NCBI GenBank assembly: GCA_963674735.2
Contig: CAXXQS010000001.1
Span: 864,001 to 928,000 of the forward strand
Source of the DNA: Myxococcota bacterium
Lineage (GTDB): Bacteria; Myxococcota_A; SURF-8
Direction: 5' to 3'
DNA length: 64,000 bases
Positions 21,330-31,202 of this stretch are shown piece by piece. A model generated the notes under the pieces. It was not told where the DNA came from and ran no database searches. It saw only the letters and a list, made by a program, of their open reading frames with translations. Every line of letters starts with the position of its first letter. Within the stretch, counting starts at the first letter, position 1. A program made the translations under genes and the position numbers.

Positions 21330-21563
21330 ATTTCTTCTCTTGCGTCTACATCTGTAAATCGATTTCCAATTGAAAGGCTAGCAAATTAGGAGCAGCCATT
21401 TTCCGAAATGATAGGGAAACGGCTACCTATTCACAAAGACGCATTCCTGGTGGAAGTGTTACAGAAAATCGGAAAATTAGTCTGAAAAGCTCTAAGAATA
21501 GATCCATCAAGAGAAACCGCTCAGTGCGAAATTGCAGAACACACTGATTTCAAACGACTTTCA

Positions 21564-21588
21564 TACAAACCCTTACACTCTCTATACA
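21564..21588 (+). promoter_or_regulatory. Three TACA direct repeats (RstA-box-like)
   Basis: TACA at 21564, 21574 and 21585 (10-11 bp period). Confidence 0.5.
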
Positions 21589-21685
21589 AACATTCTCGCT
21601 AACCAGCCGAATAGGCAGAATGAAGGGATTCTCGTTTTGAAGGCGCAAGGAAGGATGTCTTGTAACTTTCAGTAAGGAGGTCGCG

Positions 21686-22261
21686 ATGGCAATTGGTGCG
21701 ATTGACAGCAGCATGGCGAACATGCAACAAATGGTGCAGATGAGTCAGGCCAGCCGGGCGCAGCGGTTCGAAAGAGCGGACAGCAATGGAGATGGGGGGA
21801 TCGACAAAACCGAGTTGTCTGGCGTAACGGTTCACATTGAAGAAATGTCGGGGCAATCTATCGATGTAGAGGCGCTTATCAGCGAGAATGATGCCGACAA
21901 TGATGGACTGCTCAATGAGGACGAGATGGAACAGGCGATGACCAGTCTTCGTGAGAGCATGCCGGAACCTTCTTTCAGTGGTGCGCCGTCGATGGGCGGT
22001 GCTCCACCGATGGGCGGTGGCCCGCCGATGGGAGGTGCTCCACCGATGGGAGAAGAATCGGGCGCGGCGTCCGGAGTCGAGAGTGACGAGGAAGACAGCT
22101 ATTCCCTCCTGGATATCTATGCCAGCTTGACTGAGGAAGCGGAAGAGAGCGAAAGCTCGATTGTGGATCTTCTCTACAATTCCAATGCGTTGGCCAGCTA
22201 TTCCTCAGTCGAAAACGCCATGGTTCAGATCTGGGGAACGAAGCTGGATTTAGAAAGCTGA
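21686..22261 (+). CDS. EF-hand calcium-binding protein with a Gly/Pro/Met low-complexity tract
   Basis: Two EF loops, DSNGDGGIDKTE and DADNDGLLNEDE; (G.PPMG)-type repeats; AAGGAGGT RBS. Confidence 0.85.
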   Translation: MAIGAIDSSMANMQQMVQMSQASRAQRFERADSNGDGGIDKTELSGVTVHIEEMSGQSIDVEALISENDADNDGLLNEDEMEQAMTSLRESMPEPSFSGAPSMGGAPPMGGGPPMGGAPPMGEESGAASGVESDEEDSYSLLDIYASLTEEAEESESSIVDLLYNSNALASYSSVENAMVQIWGTKLDLES

Positions 22262-22281
22262 TCGAATCCGACACTCATTTT

Positions 22282-22315
22282 GACCGATCCGATCATCGTC
22301 TCGGATCGGTCTTTT
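22282..22315 (+). terminator. Rho-independent terminator between the convergent EF-hand gene and gltB
   Basis: GACCGATCCGA-N8-TCGGATCGGTC-TTTT. Confidence 0.75.
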
Positions 22316-22388
22316 CGTTTATGTCTGTATGAGCTTGCGTGATTCGCGATTGGCCGGGATTATCATTTCATGAATCAGTCGGCGCTTT

Positions 22389-25300
22389 TCAACGGACGGA
22401 TACATAAAAAGCGGGACTTCTCGGAGTCCCATTGATCAGCAAATGTTTGGATTTGGCCGACTTCGTTTCCTTCAGATGCTCCACCAATAGCGGTTTTAAC
22501 GTCGTTTCGCGATACTCGTTTTCAACATCGATACACGCAACACCGGTGTGCAGCTTGGTCCGATTGCGGCCATCCGGATCGTAGATCCACACCTCGCCGC
22601 CGGTCATTCCCGATCCGACACAGGGTCCGCACGGCCCCAGAACCACGCCGATACCGCCCGTCATATACTCGAATGCATATTTGCCAACGCCTTCGCATAC
22701 CAGAACGCCGCCGGAGAAACGCACGCCGAAGCGCTGCCCGGCGCTGCCGGAGACGAAGAGACGCCCCCCGGTTGCCCCGTAGGCTGCCGTATTGCCGATC
22801 AGGTGCGCCGTGCCGGTTGCTGAAGAGCGGATGGGTTCGGATACCACCACCTTCGCAGTTCCGCTCATCCCTTCCGCGACTGAATCGTTTGCATAGCCAT
22901 CGAGTCGCAAGGTCATGCCGTTGGTGGCGGCGAAACCGAATCCCTGACCGGCATAGCCTTGTGCGCGGATGACGATTTCACGTTCCGGAGGCAAGTGTGG
23001 GCGTCTTGCCAGTTCGCCCGCCAGCGTCGCCCCGACGGCTTGATCCTCGTTGGTTAGTGTAAGATCGACTTCCAGCCTTGTGTCGCGGCCTTCCAGCAGG
23101 TCGTGGGCGTGTTTCATGATTTCCCGGTTGGCGCGACCGATGGCTTGTCCCGAATCGACAACGTGTGCACCACTGGCGAAACCATCACTGCGGTAATCAA
23201 GCAAAAGCTCCGATAAGTCCATCAAATCCCAGCGCGTTTGGCCGGTAGGTTTTTGCTTGAGCAGGTCTACGCGACCCACCAGTTCGCGTGGATGACGCAA
23301 GCCCAGGCTGGCCAGGATGCGGCGCAGGTGCTCGGCCAGACACTCCAAATAACGGATCACGCCATCGCGGGCTTCCTCGTAACGTTGTCGGTTCGACACC
23401 TCGCGCATATCGATATTCTCATAGCGGCGACGCATGAAACGCTGGTTTTGAATTTCTTCGTCCTGAGTGGCGATGCCGACTGGGCATTTCCCCTTGTTGC
23501 AGCCACGGCAGAAAATACAACATTCCGCGACCAAAAGGGGTGTACCGATCGAGACCTCATCCGCTCCGAGGGCCATTATCTTCGCGATATCCATACCCGA
23601 CTTGATCCCGCCGTCGGCCCGCAAGCGAACTCCCGAGCGGATGCCGTTTACGACGAGATATTGATGGACTTCGCTTACGCCGCGTTCCAGCGGGAGTCCC
23701 GCATGCGAGATGCTGCTCGAACTGGCCGCCCCCGTGCCTCCTTCGAAGCCGCTGATGGTGATAACATCCGCACCGGCTTTGACGACGCCGACGGCAATGG
23801 TGCCGAGGTCGGTGATGCTGGGTACTTTGATCGAGATACGCGCAATCGGGTTGAGCTGTCGCAGATTGCCGATCAACTGGGCGAGATCTTCGATGCTGTA
23901 AATATCATGATGGGGGGGCGGACTGATGAGCGGGACGCCCTCCTGCGTTTTTCGGATGGCGGCGATTTCCGCCGTAACTTTTTGTCCCGGCAGATGTCCC
24001 CCTTCACCGGGTTTCGCTCCTTGGCCGATCTTGATTTCGATCTCATCCGCGCCGGAAAGATAGGTCGCGTCTACTCCGAAGCGTCCCGATGCGATCTGAC
24101 GGATCAAGCTTCGGTCGGACTCATATTCGCCACCCGGATTTCGCCGTTCATCTTCTCCGCCTTCTCCGCAATTCGACATCGAATGGAAGTGGTTGAATGC
24201 CGCCGCGATTGCCCGGTGGGCGGTTGCGTTGATGGCGCCATGGGACATGGCTGCTCCGCGAATCGTACCGGCAATGATGTCATCGGCGGATGCGACTTCC
24301 GTGATGGCAATACGCCGGGGCGGGGCGGTGAAATCCAACAGATCGCGCAGGTACACCGGCGGTTTGTCGCTTAAAAGCTGCACCAGTCGATCGTAATCTC
24401 CCTGGCTGTTGCCGTGGCGCGCCACGAATTGCAGGCTGTCGGTGACGGGTTTGTCGAAAACAACCACATTGCGATTGCTGACGAGGGCGTCGTCCTGTTG
24501 GTTTTTACGTGCGACGATATCCTGATAGATTTCCTCGACGCGAATGCCGCCCAGACAACAGAACGTGTCTGGAATGAAGTATTCCACCACATTCGGCGAG
24601 AGACCGATAGCCTCGAACAGCGCACTGCCACGATATCCCGAAAGAGTCGTGATACCCATTTTCGACATCACCCGGCGCAAGGTGCTTTCCAAGGTTTTGA
24701 CGATATTCGCCGTGGCTTTTTCTGCGTCGTTTTTCGATTCATCGCGCGCCACATGGAACATGGCGTACGGATTCAGAGCCGTCGCGCCGTAGGCCAGCAA
24801 AACCGCAGCGTCGTGACCTTCATGTACTTCCGCCGTTTCGACCACCAGGCTGACTTCGCGGCGCAGACCTTTGGCGGCCAGAGCTTGGTGCATGGCACTG
24901 ACCACTAAAAGCATGGGGAGCGGTAGACGCTTGCTGTGGGTTGCTTCGAAATCGGAAACCACCAGAATCGAGGTGTCGTTTTTGTGCACGGTTTCGATGG
25001 CTTGCTCGGTCAGGTTGTGTATCCGGCGCACCAGTTCACGTGATTCTCCGGTATCTTCAAAAGTTGCGTCCAGCACGGTTGCCGACAGTCCCGGGCTGTC
25101 GGAAGCTAGAATTTCTTCAAGGGCTTCGTTGGTCAGGAAGGGGTGTGGCAACACATACTGCGGGTAAACTTCATACTTGCTTTTCTTGGTCAGACGCGGC
25201 GAGCGCCCGAGAAAAACGGAGGTATTGATTGCGCCGCCCTCCCGAATCGGATCGATGGGTGGGTTCGTGACCACGGCAACGATCTGATGCAGGAAGCTGT

Positions 25301-26777
25301 ACAAGCGAGAATGGTTCTCGCTGAAAACGGCCAGGGGACTATCGTTGCCCATACTGAATATCGGTTCGCGGCCTTCTGCCGCCATCTGGCGGATTTGGCG
25401 GGCTTTTTCACGAGTCCAGCCGAAGGCGTTCAAAGCTTGAACTTCAAGTCGTTTGGAGCGTTTTCCGGCCTGGATCGGACGCAGATCGACCGTCGACAGG
25501 TTTTCGAAGTTCAGGCCGGTTTGTTTGAGGATATGTTCGGTGCTGCGTTCCGGGTGCAAGAACTCGCCGTTTCGCAAATCGGCCAAAATCATACTGCCGG
25601 GCTCCAATTGGCCATCTTCGAGAATTTCCTCGTTTGGAACGGGACAGGCTCCAACCTCACTCGACACGATCAAACGTTTCTCGGTTGTCAGCACATAACG
25701 GAGGGGGCGCAAGCCCATGCGGTCGAGAATCGCCGTGAGGTATTGGCCATCGGTTGCCACCAAGGCGATGGGACCTTCCCAGGCTCCCAGCGTGCCCAGT
25801 GCGCGTTCGTTACCTTCGAAAAATCGACGAGCCCGTTCGTCGGTTATGTCTTCGCGCCAGGCCGGAGGGATCATGCGCCGCAACGCTTCATGGATGCCGT
25901 TCATTCCGTGGGTGGCCATCATTTCGGCGACGCGGTCGAGTTGAGCGGAATCGCTGCCGTGAATCATCAGATTGCTGCCCAGTTTGATGGCGCTCTGGGC
26001 ATCGGAGACCGCTCGACAGTTGGCGGTAATGGTGTTGATTTCACCGTTGTGGGCGATATGCCGGAAAGGCTGGGCCAGATTCCAGTTGGAAAAAGTGTTG
26101 GTCGAGAAACGCCGATGCGCGATCACCACATTTGTTTTCATGGCGGGATCCGTCAGATCCGGGTAAAAATCACGCAGTTGCCGGGCGGTGGCCAACGCTT
26201 TATAAACGGTCGTGTAAGGTGCCAGCGAAACGACATTGACGACGCCTCCGGAGGATTCTTCGATGGTGATCTTTGCCTGGTGCGTCGCCTCGAACAACTG
26301 ATCTTCCAGCCGATGTCCTTTGCCGACGAAAACTTGGAAAATGATCGGGACATCGACACTGGCCCGACGACCGAGAGCCGCCGGATTGACGGGCACTTTT
26401 CGCCAACCCAGCGGAGCGAGCCCGACCCGTCGTAAAATGGCCGATATTTCACGTTTCAGGTCGTGAATGTTGCGTTCGCCATGGAGAAAGAACAAGGTGC
26501 CGACCATTAAGGGTTCGGTTGGGCTCGGTAAATTTCGACCGGGGGTCAGATAGCGCTCGAAACAGCTGCGGTCCGGCGAAAAGAGGAGACCGGCTCCATC
26601 TCCCATATCATCCAAGGCACCTCCCCGGTGCTCCATCCGCTGCAGACCGTCCAAAGCCATGTCGATGGGCGTTCGTGAGGGCGGGGATTGCAGGTCGGCA
26701 ACGGCCAGGATTCCGCATCCTCCTCGACCCGCTTTGGTGGTAATCTCTGACAATCGTTTTTGTTTCAGGCGTGTCAT
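22389..26777 (-). CDS. gltB: Glutamate synthase large subunit
   Basis: Propeptide followed by the CGI amidotransferase N-terminus; HRRFSTNT, HNGEINT, QIASGRFGV, KIGQGAKPGEGG, SPPPHHDIYSIEDLAQ, 3Fe-4S Cys motif, EYMTGG. Confidence 0.95.
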   Translation of the reverse strand: MTRLKQKRLSEITTKAGRGGCGILAVADLQSPPSRTPIDMALDGLQRMEHRGGALDDMGDGAGLLFSPDRSCFERYLTPGRNLPSPTEPLMVGTLFFLHGERNIHDLKREISAILRRVGLAPLGWRKVPVNPAALGRRASVDVPIIFQVFVGKGHRLEDQLFEATHQAKITIEESSGGVVNVVSLAPYTTVYKALATARQLRDFYPDLTDPAMKTNVVIAHRRFSTNTFSNWNLAQPFRHIAHNGEINTITANCRAVSDAQSAIKLGSNLMIHGSDSAQLDRVAEMMATHGMNGIHEALRRMIPPAWREDITDERARRFFEGNERALGTLGAWEGPIALVATDGQYLTAILDRMGLRPLRYVLTTEKRLIVSSEVGACPVPNEEILEDGQLEPGSMILADLRNGEFLHPERSTEHILKQTGLNFENLSTVDLRPIQAGKRSKRLEVQALNAFGWTREKARQIRQMAAEGREPIFSMGNDSPLAVFSENHSRLYSFLHQIVAVVTNPPIDPIREGGAINTSVFLGRSPRLTKKSKYEVYPQYVLPHPFLTNEALEEILASDSPGLSATVLDATFEDTGESRELVRRIHNLTEQAIETVHKNDTSILVVSDFEATHSKRLPLPMLLVVSAMHQALAAKGLRREVSLVVETAEVHEGHDAAVLLAYGATALNPYAMFHVARDESKNDAEKATANIVKTLESTLRRVMSKMGITTLSGYRGSALFEAIGLSPNVVEYFIPDTFCCLGGIRVEEIYQDIVARKNQQDDALVSNRNVVVFDKPVTDSLQFVARHGNSQGDYDRLVQLLSDKPPVYLRDLLDFTAPPRRIAITEVASADDIIAGTIRGAAMSHGAINATAHRAIAAAFNHFHSMSNCGEGGEDERRNPGGEYESDRSLIRQIASGRFGVDATYLSGADEIEIKIGQGAKPGEGGHLPGQKVTAEIAAIRKTQEGVPLISPPPHHDIYSIEDLAQLIGNLRQLNPIARISIKVPSITDLGTIAVGVVKAGADVITISGFEGGTGAASSSSISHAGLPLERGVSEVHQYLVVNGIRSGVRLRADGGIKSGMDIAKIMALGADEVSIGTPLLVAECCIFCRGCNKGKCPVGIATQDEEIQNQRFMRRRYENIDMREVSNRQRYEEARDGVIRYLECLAEHLRRILASLGLRHPRELVGRVDLLKQKPTGQTRWDLMDLSELLLDYRSDGFASGAHVVDSGQAIGRANREIMKHAHDLLEGRDTRLEVDLTLTNEDQAVGATLAGELARRPHLPPEREIVIRAQGYAGQGFGFAATNGMTLRLDGYANDSVAEGMSGTAKVVVSEPIRSSATGTAHLIGNTAAYGATGGRLFVSGSAGQRFGVRFSGGVLVCEGVGKYAFEYMTGGIGVVLGPCGPCVGSGMTGGEVWIYDPDGRNRTKLHTGVACIDVENEYRETTLKPLLVEHLKETKSAKSKHLLINGTPRSPAFYVSVR

Positions 26778-27187
26778 TCAAACCTCTCTGCGACGCTTGC
26801 AATAAAAATCACGACAAACCCGCTCTTTGCCGCAGGCCGTTCTTGGAATCCCCCATAAACATGTGTCGCAAGCATGAAAGCTAACGGAAATTTACACGAT
26901 TGTGCCCCGAATGACGCGGCATGTCAAGTGGGGATGTGGGATGTTACTATGGGTAAGAAAGCGGTGAAGGGAATTCAGGCTCGAAGAATGATTCATTCCA
27001 GCATGTGCGCTTCCAAAAGTCCTTGGATTATACAAGGAAAAGGTGAGTGAATAACACTAAAAGTACCGAACCTCGGAAGTCTGTCGCAATCTACCACGCT
27101 AAAAAAAACAAGCACCTACAATTTCTTGCAGATGCCTGGATTTATATATTCGAAGACGGATTACTCTGAGCTTGCCCAGGGGAACTT

Positions 27188-28036
27188 TCATTTACCGCCA
27201 GTATATTCATGAAGTTGCATGCGGAATAGACCCTGATCGCTGGGAGCGTATTCCGCTGCCGCAATGTCAACTACGAAATAGTAGGTTGTACCTGAAGTGG
27301 CGGAAAAATTGATCCATTCTGCAGTGTCAGCACCATGTGAGTCACTTCCGTATTGGCAGTTTGCCTGGGCTTGAGTTCCATCTATACAAGTACTGAGCAT
27401 ATACAAGCCACCGTCCCAGCCATTGGAAGTCATTGAAACAGTCAGTTCAATATTTGAAGTGGCGGTATAGGAAAATACTTTGTCCCAGCCGACATTGGAA
27501 TAGCCCGTGCAGGATTCGCCGCTGTTGGCGAAATCAATGTCATTGACAAAGTTTGCGATAGCATTGGATGCGTTGTTGTATGGAATTGCATCGATAACGA
27601 TAGGGTTTGTACAATTTTCACCAGGGGCCACAACGACTTCGGAGTCATTTTCGATCTCCCCTTCGACATCGCCATCGGTTGTATCTTCGTCAACATCCCC
27701 ATCGACTGCATCACTCTCTACATCTCCATCGGTATCCCCATCGACGTCTCCATCGGTATCCCCATCGACGTCTCCATCGGTATCCCCATCGATGTCTCCA
27801 TCGGGGGTGTCACCATCGGGCGTATCGCCATCGGGGGTATCACCATCGGGCGTATCGCCATCGGGGATATCACCATCGGGCGTATCGCCATCGGGGGTAT
27901 CACCATCGGGCGTATCGCCATCGGGGGTGTCGCCATCGGTGTCGTCGCCATCGGTGTCGTCACTACTGTCACAGCCAACTACAAAAGTTAGAGAAAGGAT
28001 TGCAAACATCAATAGCAACATCAGCTTACGAGCCAT
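27188..28036 (-). CDS. Lipoprotein with a long DGDTP/DGDV repeat stalk and a C-terminal Cys-containing beta domain
   Basis: Lipobox VVGC; (DGD(T/I)P)n; PGENCTNPIVI..SGTTYYFVVD. Confidence 0.8.
   Translation of the reverse strand: MARKLMLLLMFAILSLTFVVGCDSSDDTDGDDTDGDTPDGDTPDGDTPDGDTPDGDIPDGDTPDGDTPDGDTPDGDTPDGDIDGDTDGDVDGDTDGDVDGDTDGDVESDAVDGDVDEDTTDGDVEGEIENDSEVVVAPGENCTNPIVIDAIPYNNASNAIANFVNDIDFANSGESCTGYSNVGWDKVFSYTATSNIELTVSMTSNGWDGGLYMLSTCIDGTQAQANCQYGSDSHGADTAEWINFSATSGTTYYFVVDIAAAEYAPSDQGLFRMQLHEYTGGK
27720..27960 (-). repeat. Coding tandem repeats (15/30-bp DGDTP units and 24-bp DGDVDGDT units)
   Basis: caccatcgggcgtatcgccatcgggggtat about 4x; tctccatcggtatccccatcgacg about 3x. Confidence 0.9.
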
Positions 28037-28138
28037 GGACTTTTCCTCCTCAGAGATACAATTGAATGTCTATTCTTAAAATGTTTTGTCGTCATTATAG
28101 TCATAATGAAAACGATTTCAAGTGAAAGTGGCGTAGCT

Positions 28139-29312
28139 TAGGGCGTTTCAGTTCTGTTTCTTGGAATTAATAGGCGTGTCCTTTCCTCTACCTGGATATC
28201 GAGTTCTCTTGATTGGAAGGAAGATCATGAATCAGAGTGACATCGGAGATTTTCTTTTTCGCCTTCACGAAATCGTCATCGGCTACAGGGCATAGTCGCG
28301 GGCAGGGGCGGCGTTATCAGTTAGACGCTCTTCTTCTGCTGCTGGTGCTCGGATTTCTGCGGAATCTGACGACGATACAGGAGATTCTCCAGCGGACCTC
28401 CTACGACCGGGATCTGTTGGAATTTCTGGGCTGGAAACGGATTCCGGCCCAGGGCACCTACACGAATCTGTTTCAGCAGATGGACCTGTTGCCGGTGAAT
28501 GATCTTTTGCGCCAGGTCGGCGTGGAGTTGGCCTGGTCCGATACGCAGGTGGCGGTGGACGGCAAGACGATCAAGGGCAGTCTGCACCGGGACAAGCGCC
28601 TGCATGTGGTGAACGTCGCCACGCCGAAAGGCATTGCGCTGTCCCAGGCGTCCTCCGAGCCGGCCGGAGGCGAAATCAAGAGCGCCTTGAAGCAATTGAA
28701 GCAACTCGATCTTCAGGGCAAGGTGGTCAGCGGCGACGCGATGTTTTCGCAGAGAGAACTTTGCGAAACGATTGAAGAAAAAGGGGGCACTGGTTATTCA
28801 AACTGAAGGATAACCAGCACGAGCTCCATACCGAACTCTCCCGCCTGTGGCGCTATCGTGGGGGCAAGCGTCCCGCCCGTGAGACCACGACCTTGATTTC
28901 GGGCCGCATCGAAACGCGGCGTCTGTATGTCTTCCCCCAAATGAAAAGCTACTGGGACTGGCCGGGGCTTTCGATGGGCCTGGCCGTCCATTGCGAAAGC
29001 ATCGACAAACGGACGGGGGACATCCGCAAGGGCGTACGTTTCGCCATCACCGACTTGCCTCCGGATACGCCCTCTGAAACCTTACTGAAACATTTCCGGG
29101 ATCACTGGGGTATCGAAAACCGCCTGCATTACGTGCTGGATGTGTCGATGGGTGAAGATCGCTGCCGGGTGACGAGCAACCCCGGTCTGCTGTCGGCCTT
29201 ACGCAAAATCGCGCTGGCTCTGCTGCAATCCGTGAAAGGGAAACGATCCGTCAAAGCCACCATGCGTGATATGTGGAAACCGGGAATCCTATTCCAGAAT
29301 TGAAACACCCTA
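28139..29312 (+). mobile_element. ISAs1-family insertion sequence with a split transposase
   Basis: 18-bp imperfect IRs TAGGGCGTTTCAGTTCTG / CAGAATTGAAACACCCTA; VAVDGKTIKGS, VSGDAMFSQRE, HWGIENRLHYVLDV..ED motifs. Confidence 0.9.
28237..29303 (+). CDS. ISAs1 transposase in two frames (28237-28806 plus -1 frame to 29303)
   Basis: A -1 shift at AAAAAGGGGG (about 28778-28787) restores EKGG-HWLFKLKDNQ; the 5' end (ATG 28227) may carry a further frameshift. Confidence 0.7.
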
Positions 29313-29346
29313 GCGGTCCCGACGCTCGTTGCAGCGTCGGGACCGC
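29313..29346. repeat. Perfect 14-bp palindromic hairpin
   Basis: GCGGTCCCGACGCT-cgttgc-AGCGTCGGGACCGC. Confidence 0.85.
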
Positions 29347-30791
29347 TTCCACGATTGACCATCCGTTCCGGTCCGGGTACAACTCCAACGAGGAGGACCC
29401 CATTGCCGATGTCATCAAACAAATCCGCAAAAACACCCGTCGCAAGTTTTCCGCCGACGAGAAGATCCGCATTGTCGTCGAATCGCTGCGCGGCGAGATT
29501 TCCATCAGCGAGCTCTGCCGCCGGGAAGGCATCCAGCCCAGCCTGTTCTATCGCTGGTCCAAACAGTTTCTCGAAGCCGGCAAAAATGGCCTGACACGCG
29601 AGACGAAGCGCGACGCCAGTGATGACGAGGTGTGTGAGCTGAAATCGGAGAACGAGCAGCTCAAGATCGCCCTGGCCGAGGCGCATCTGACTGTCTTGCG
29701 ATATAAAAAAAGCCTAGGCTCGTAAGCGTCCGGTACAAGCGGATGCAAGCCGAAATGAAACGGGCGGTGCTCGATGCCGTGGCGCGTTCGCCGTTTTCGG
29801 TGCGCAAGACTCTGCATGATCTCGATGTGCCGCCATCAACCTATTACCGTTGGAAGAAGGCCTATGCGTCGAGTGGTGAAGCGGCGCTTGTGGACAAGAG
29901 CCCGTACAGGGGCCGGGTGTGGAACCAACTGCTCGATGTCGAGCGATCGGAGATTTTGCGTCTGGCGGCCGAGTTCCCGGAGAAGTCCTCGCGGGAACTG
30001 GCCGTGCATCTCACGGATCACGGCGCCTTCGCCGTATCCGAGTCGACGGTCTATCGTGCGCTCAAACGAGCCGGGCTGGTCTTTCCGCGTCCGGTGAAAA
30101 CCTTTCCGGCGTCAGCGGAGTACCGCTACAAGCCGAAGCGGGTCAACGAGCAGTGGCAGACCGACGCCAGTTATTTCAAGGCCGTATCCTGGGGCTGGTA
30201 TTACCTGATTTCGGTTTTGGACGACAACAGCCGCAAGATCCTGGCCTGGCGGCTGCAGCCCACCATGCGGGCGCCGGATTTCTCCGAGGTGATCGAGGCG
30301 GCCTGCGAGTTTGCCGGTGTGAGCGACATGCCGGACGATATGAAACCGCGCATCCTGTCGGATCGCGGCAGCGCGCTCATCAGCGGCGAACTGGCGGAAT
30401 ACCTGGATATCAAAGGCATTCACCACATTTTCGCCGCCCCGTACCACCCACAGACCAACGGCAAGATCGAGCGCTATCACCGCAGCCTGAAAGAGCGTGT
30501 GAATCAGAACGTGCACGAAACGCCGATTCAGATCGAAAGCGAGATCCGGGCCTTCATCGACTGGTACAACAGCCGCCGTTACCACGAAGCCCTTGGCAAC
30601 GTCACGCCGGATGACGTATACTTTGGCAGAAAGGAGGCAATCCTAAAAAGACGAGCCGAATTGCAGCGAAGAACCCTTGAAAACCGAAAGATCAGGAACC
30701 TAAACCACCCGGACAGGAACGAACAACAAATGGCTCAACCTCTCCCTTAATTCTCCCTAACCAACTATCCCAAACTCGCTGACGGTGGACA
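29313..30791 (+). mobile_element. IS3-family element (OrfA/OrfB with -1 frameshift); left end apparently missing
   Basis: OrfA (about 29400-29725) RRKFSADEKIRIV..ELCRREGI; A7G slippery site at about 29705; OrfB 29743-30750 with DDE motifs WQTD, SDRG, PQTNGKIER; right end ..GTGGACA at 30791. Confidence 0.85.
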
Positions 30792-31037
30792 TGTTGAGTT
30801 GTTGAAGGAGGCCAGTTCGTAGGGAACCGCAAAGTTCCCAGAAATGGCCAAAGGTCGTCTTCTCGGTATAATGGAAGTGCTCAAACAACCACATTTCGAA
30901 AGGAAAGGGTCATGACCGCCACAGAAACACCCCATGAAGTCGGTTGATTGTCAAAGCCAAAGGGAATCCATCGTTTTTGAATCAGTTTTACATGCATGGC
31001 AAAAATAACTTCAATATTTGAAAATCAAAAAATTACC

Positions 31038-31066
31038 TTGACAAATAACCGAAAACGCCTTAAAAA
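31038..31066 (+). promoter_or_regulatory. Putative sigma70 promoter of tRNA-Asn
   Basis: TTGACA-N17-TAAAAA with an AT-rich UP-like region upstream. Confidence 0.55.
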
Positions 31067-31126
31067 GGCTGCCCTATGTTGGGATTGTTGATCGTCTCAA
31101 ATTGGTTGATCTTTTCAAAATCCTAT

Positions 31127-31202
31127 TCCCCAGTAGCTCAATCGGTAGAGCGGGTGGCTGTTAACCACTAGGTCGGCGGTTCGAGTCCGTCCTGGGGAGC
31201 CA
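31127..31202 (+). tRNA. tRNA-Asn (GTT)
   Basis: Acceptor stem TCCCCAG/CTGGGGA, D arm TAGCTCAATCGGTAGAGC, anticodon loop CTGTTAA, GGTTCGAGTCC, encoded CCA; 76 nt. Confidence 0.97.

Noticed and set aside
27720-27960. Possible CRISPR array
   Set aside because: The units are contiguous, in-frame coding repeats with no unique spacers, and there are no cas genes.
30800-30960. Promoter/RBS-like stretch (TATAAT..GAAAGGAAAGGGTC-ATG) resembling another IS left end
   Set aside because: The following ORF stops after about 11 codons and no matching IR was found, so it cannot be assigned.
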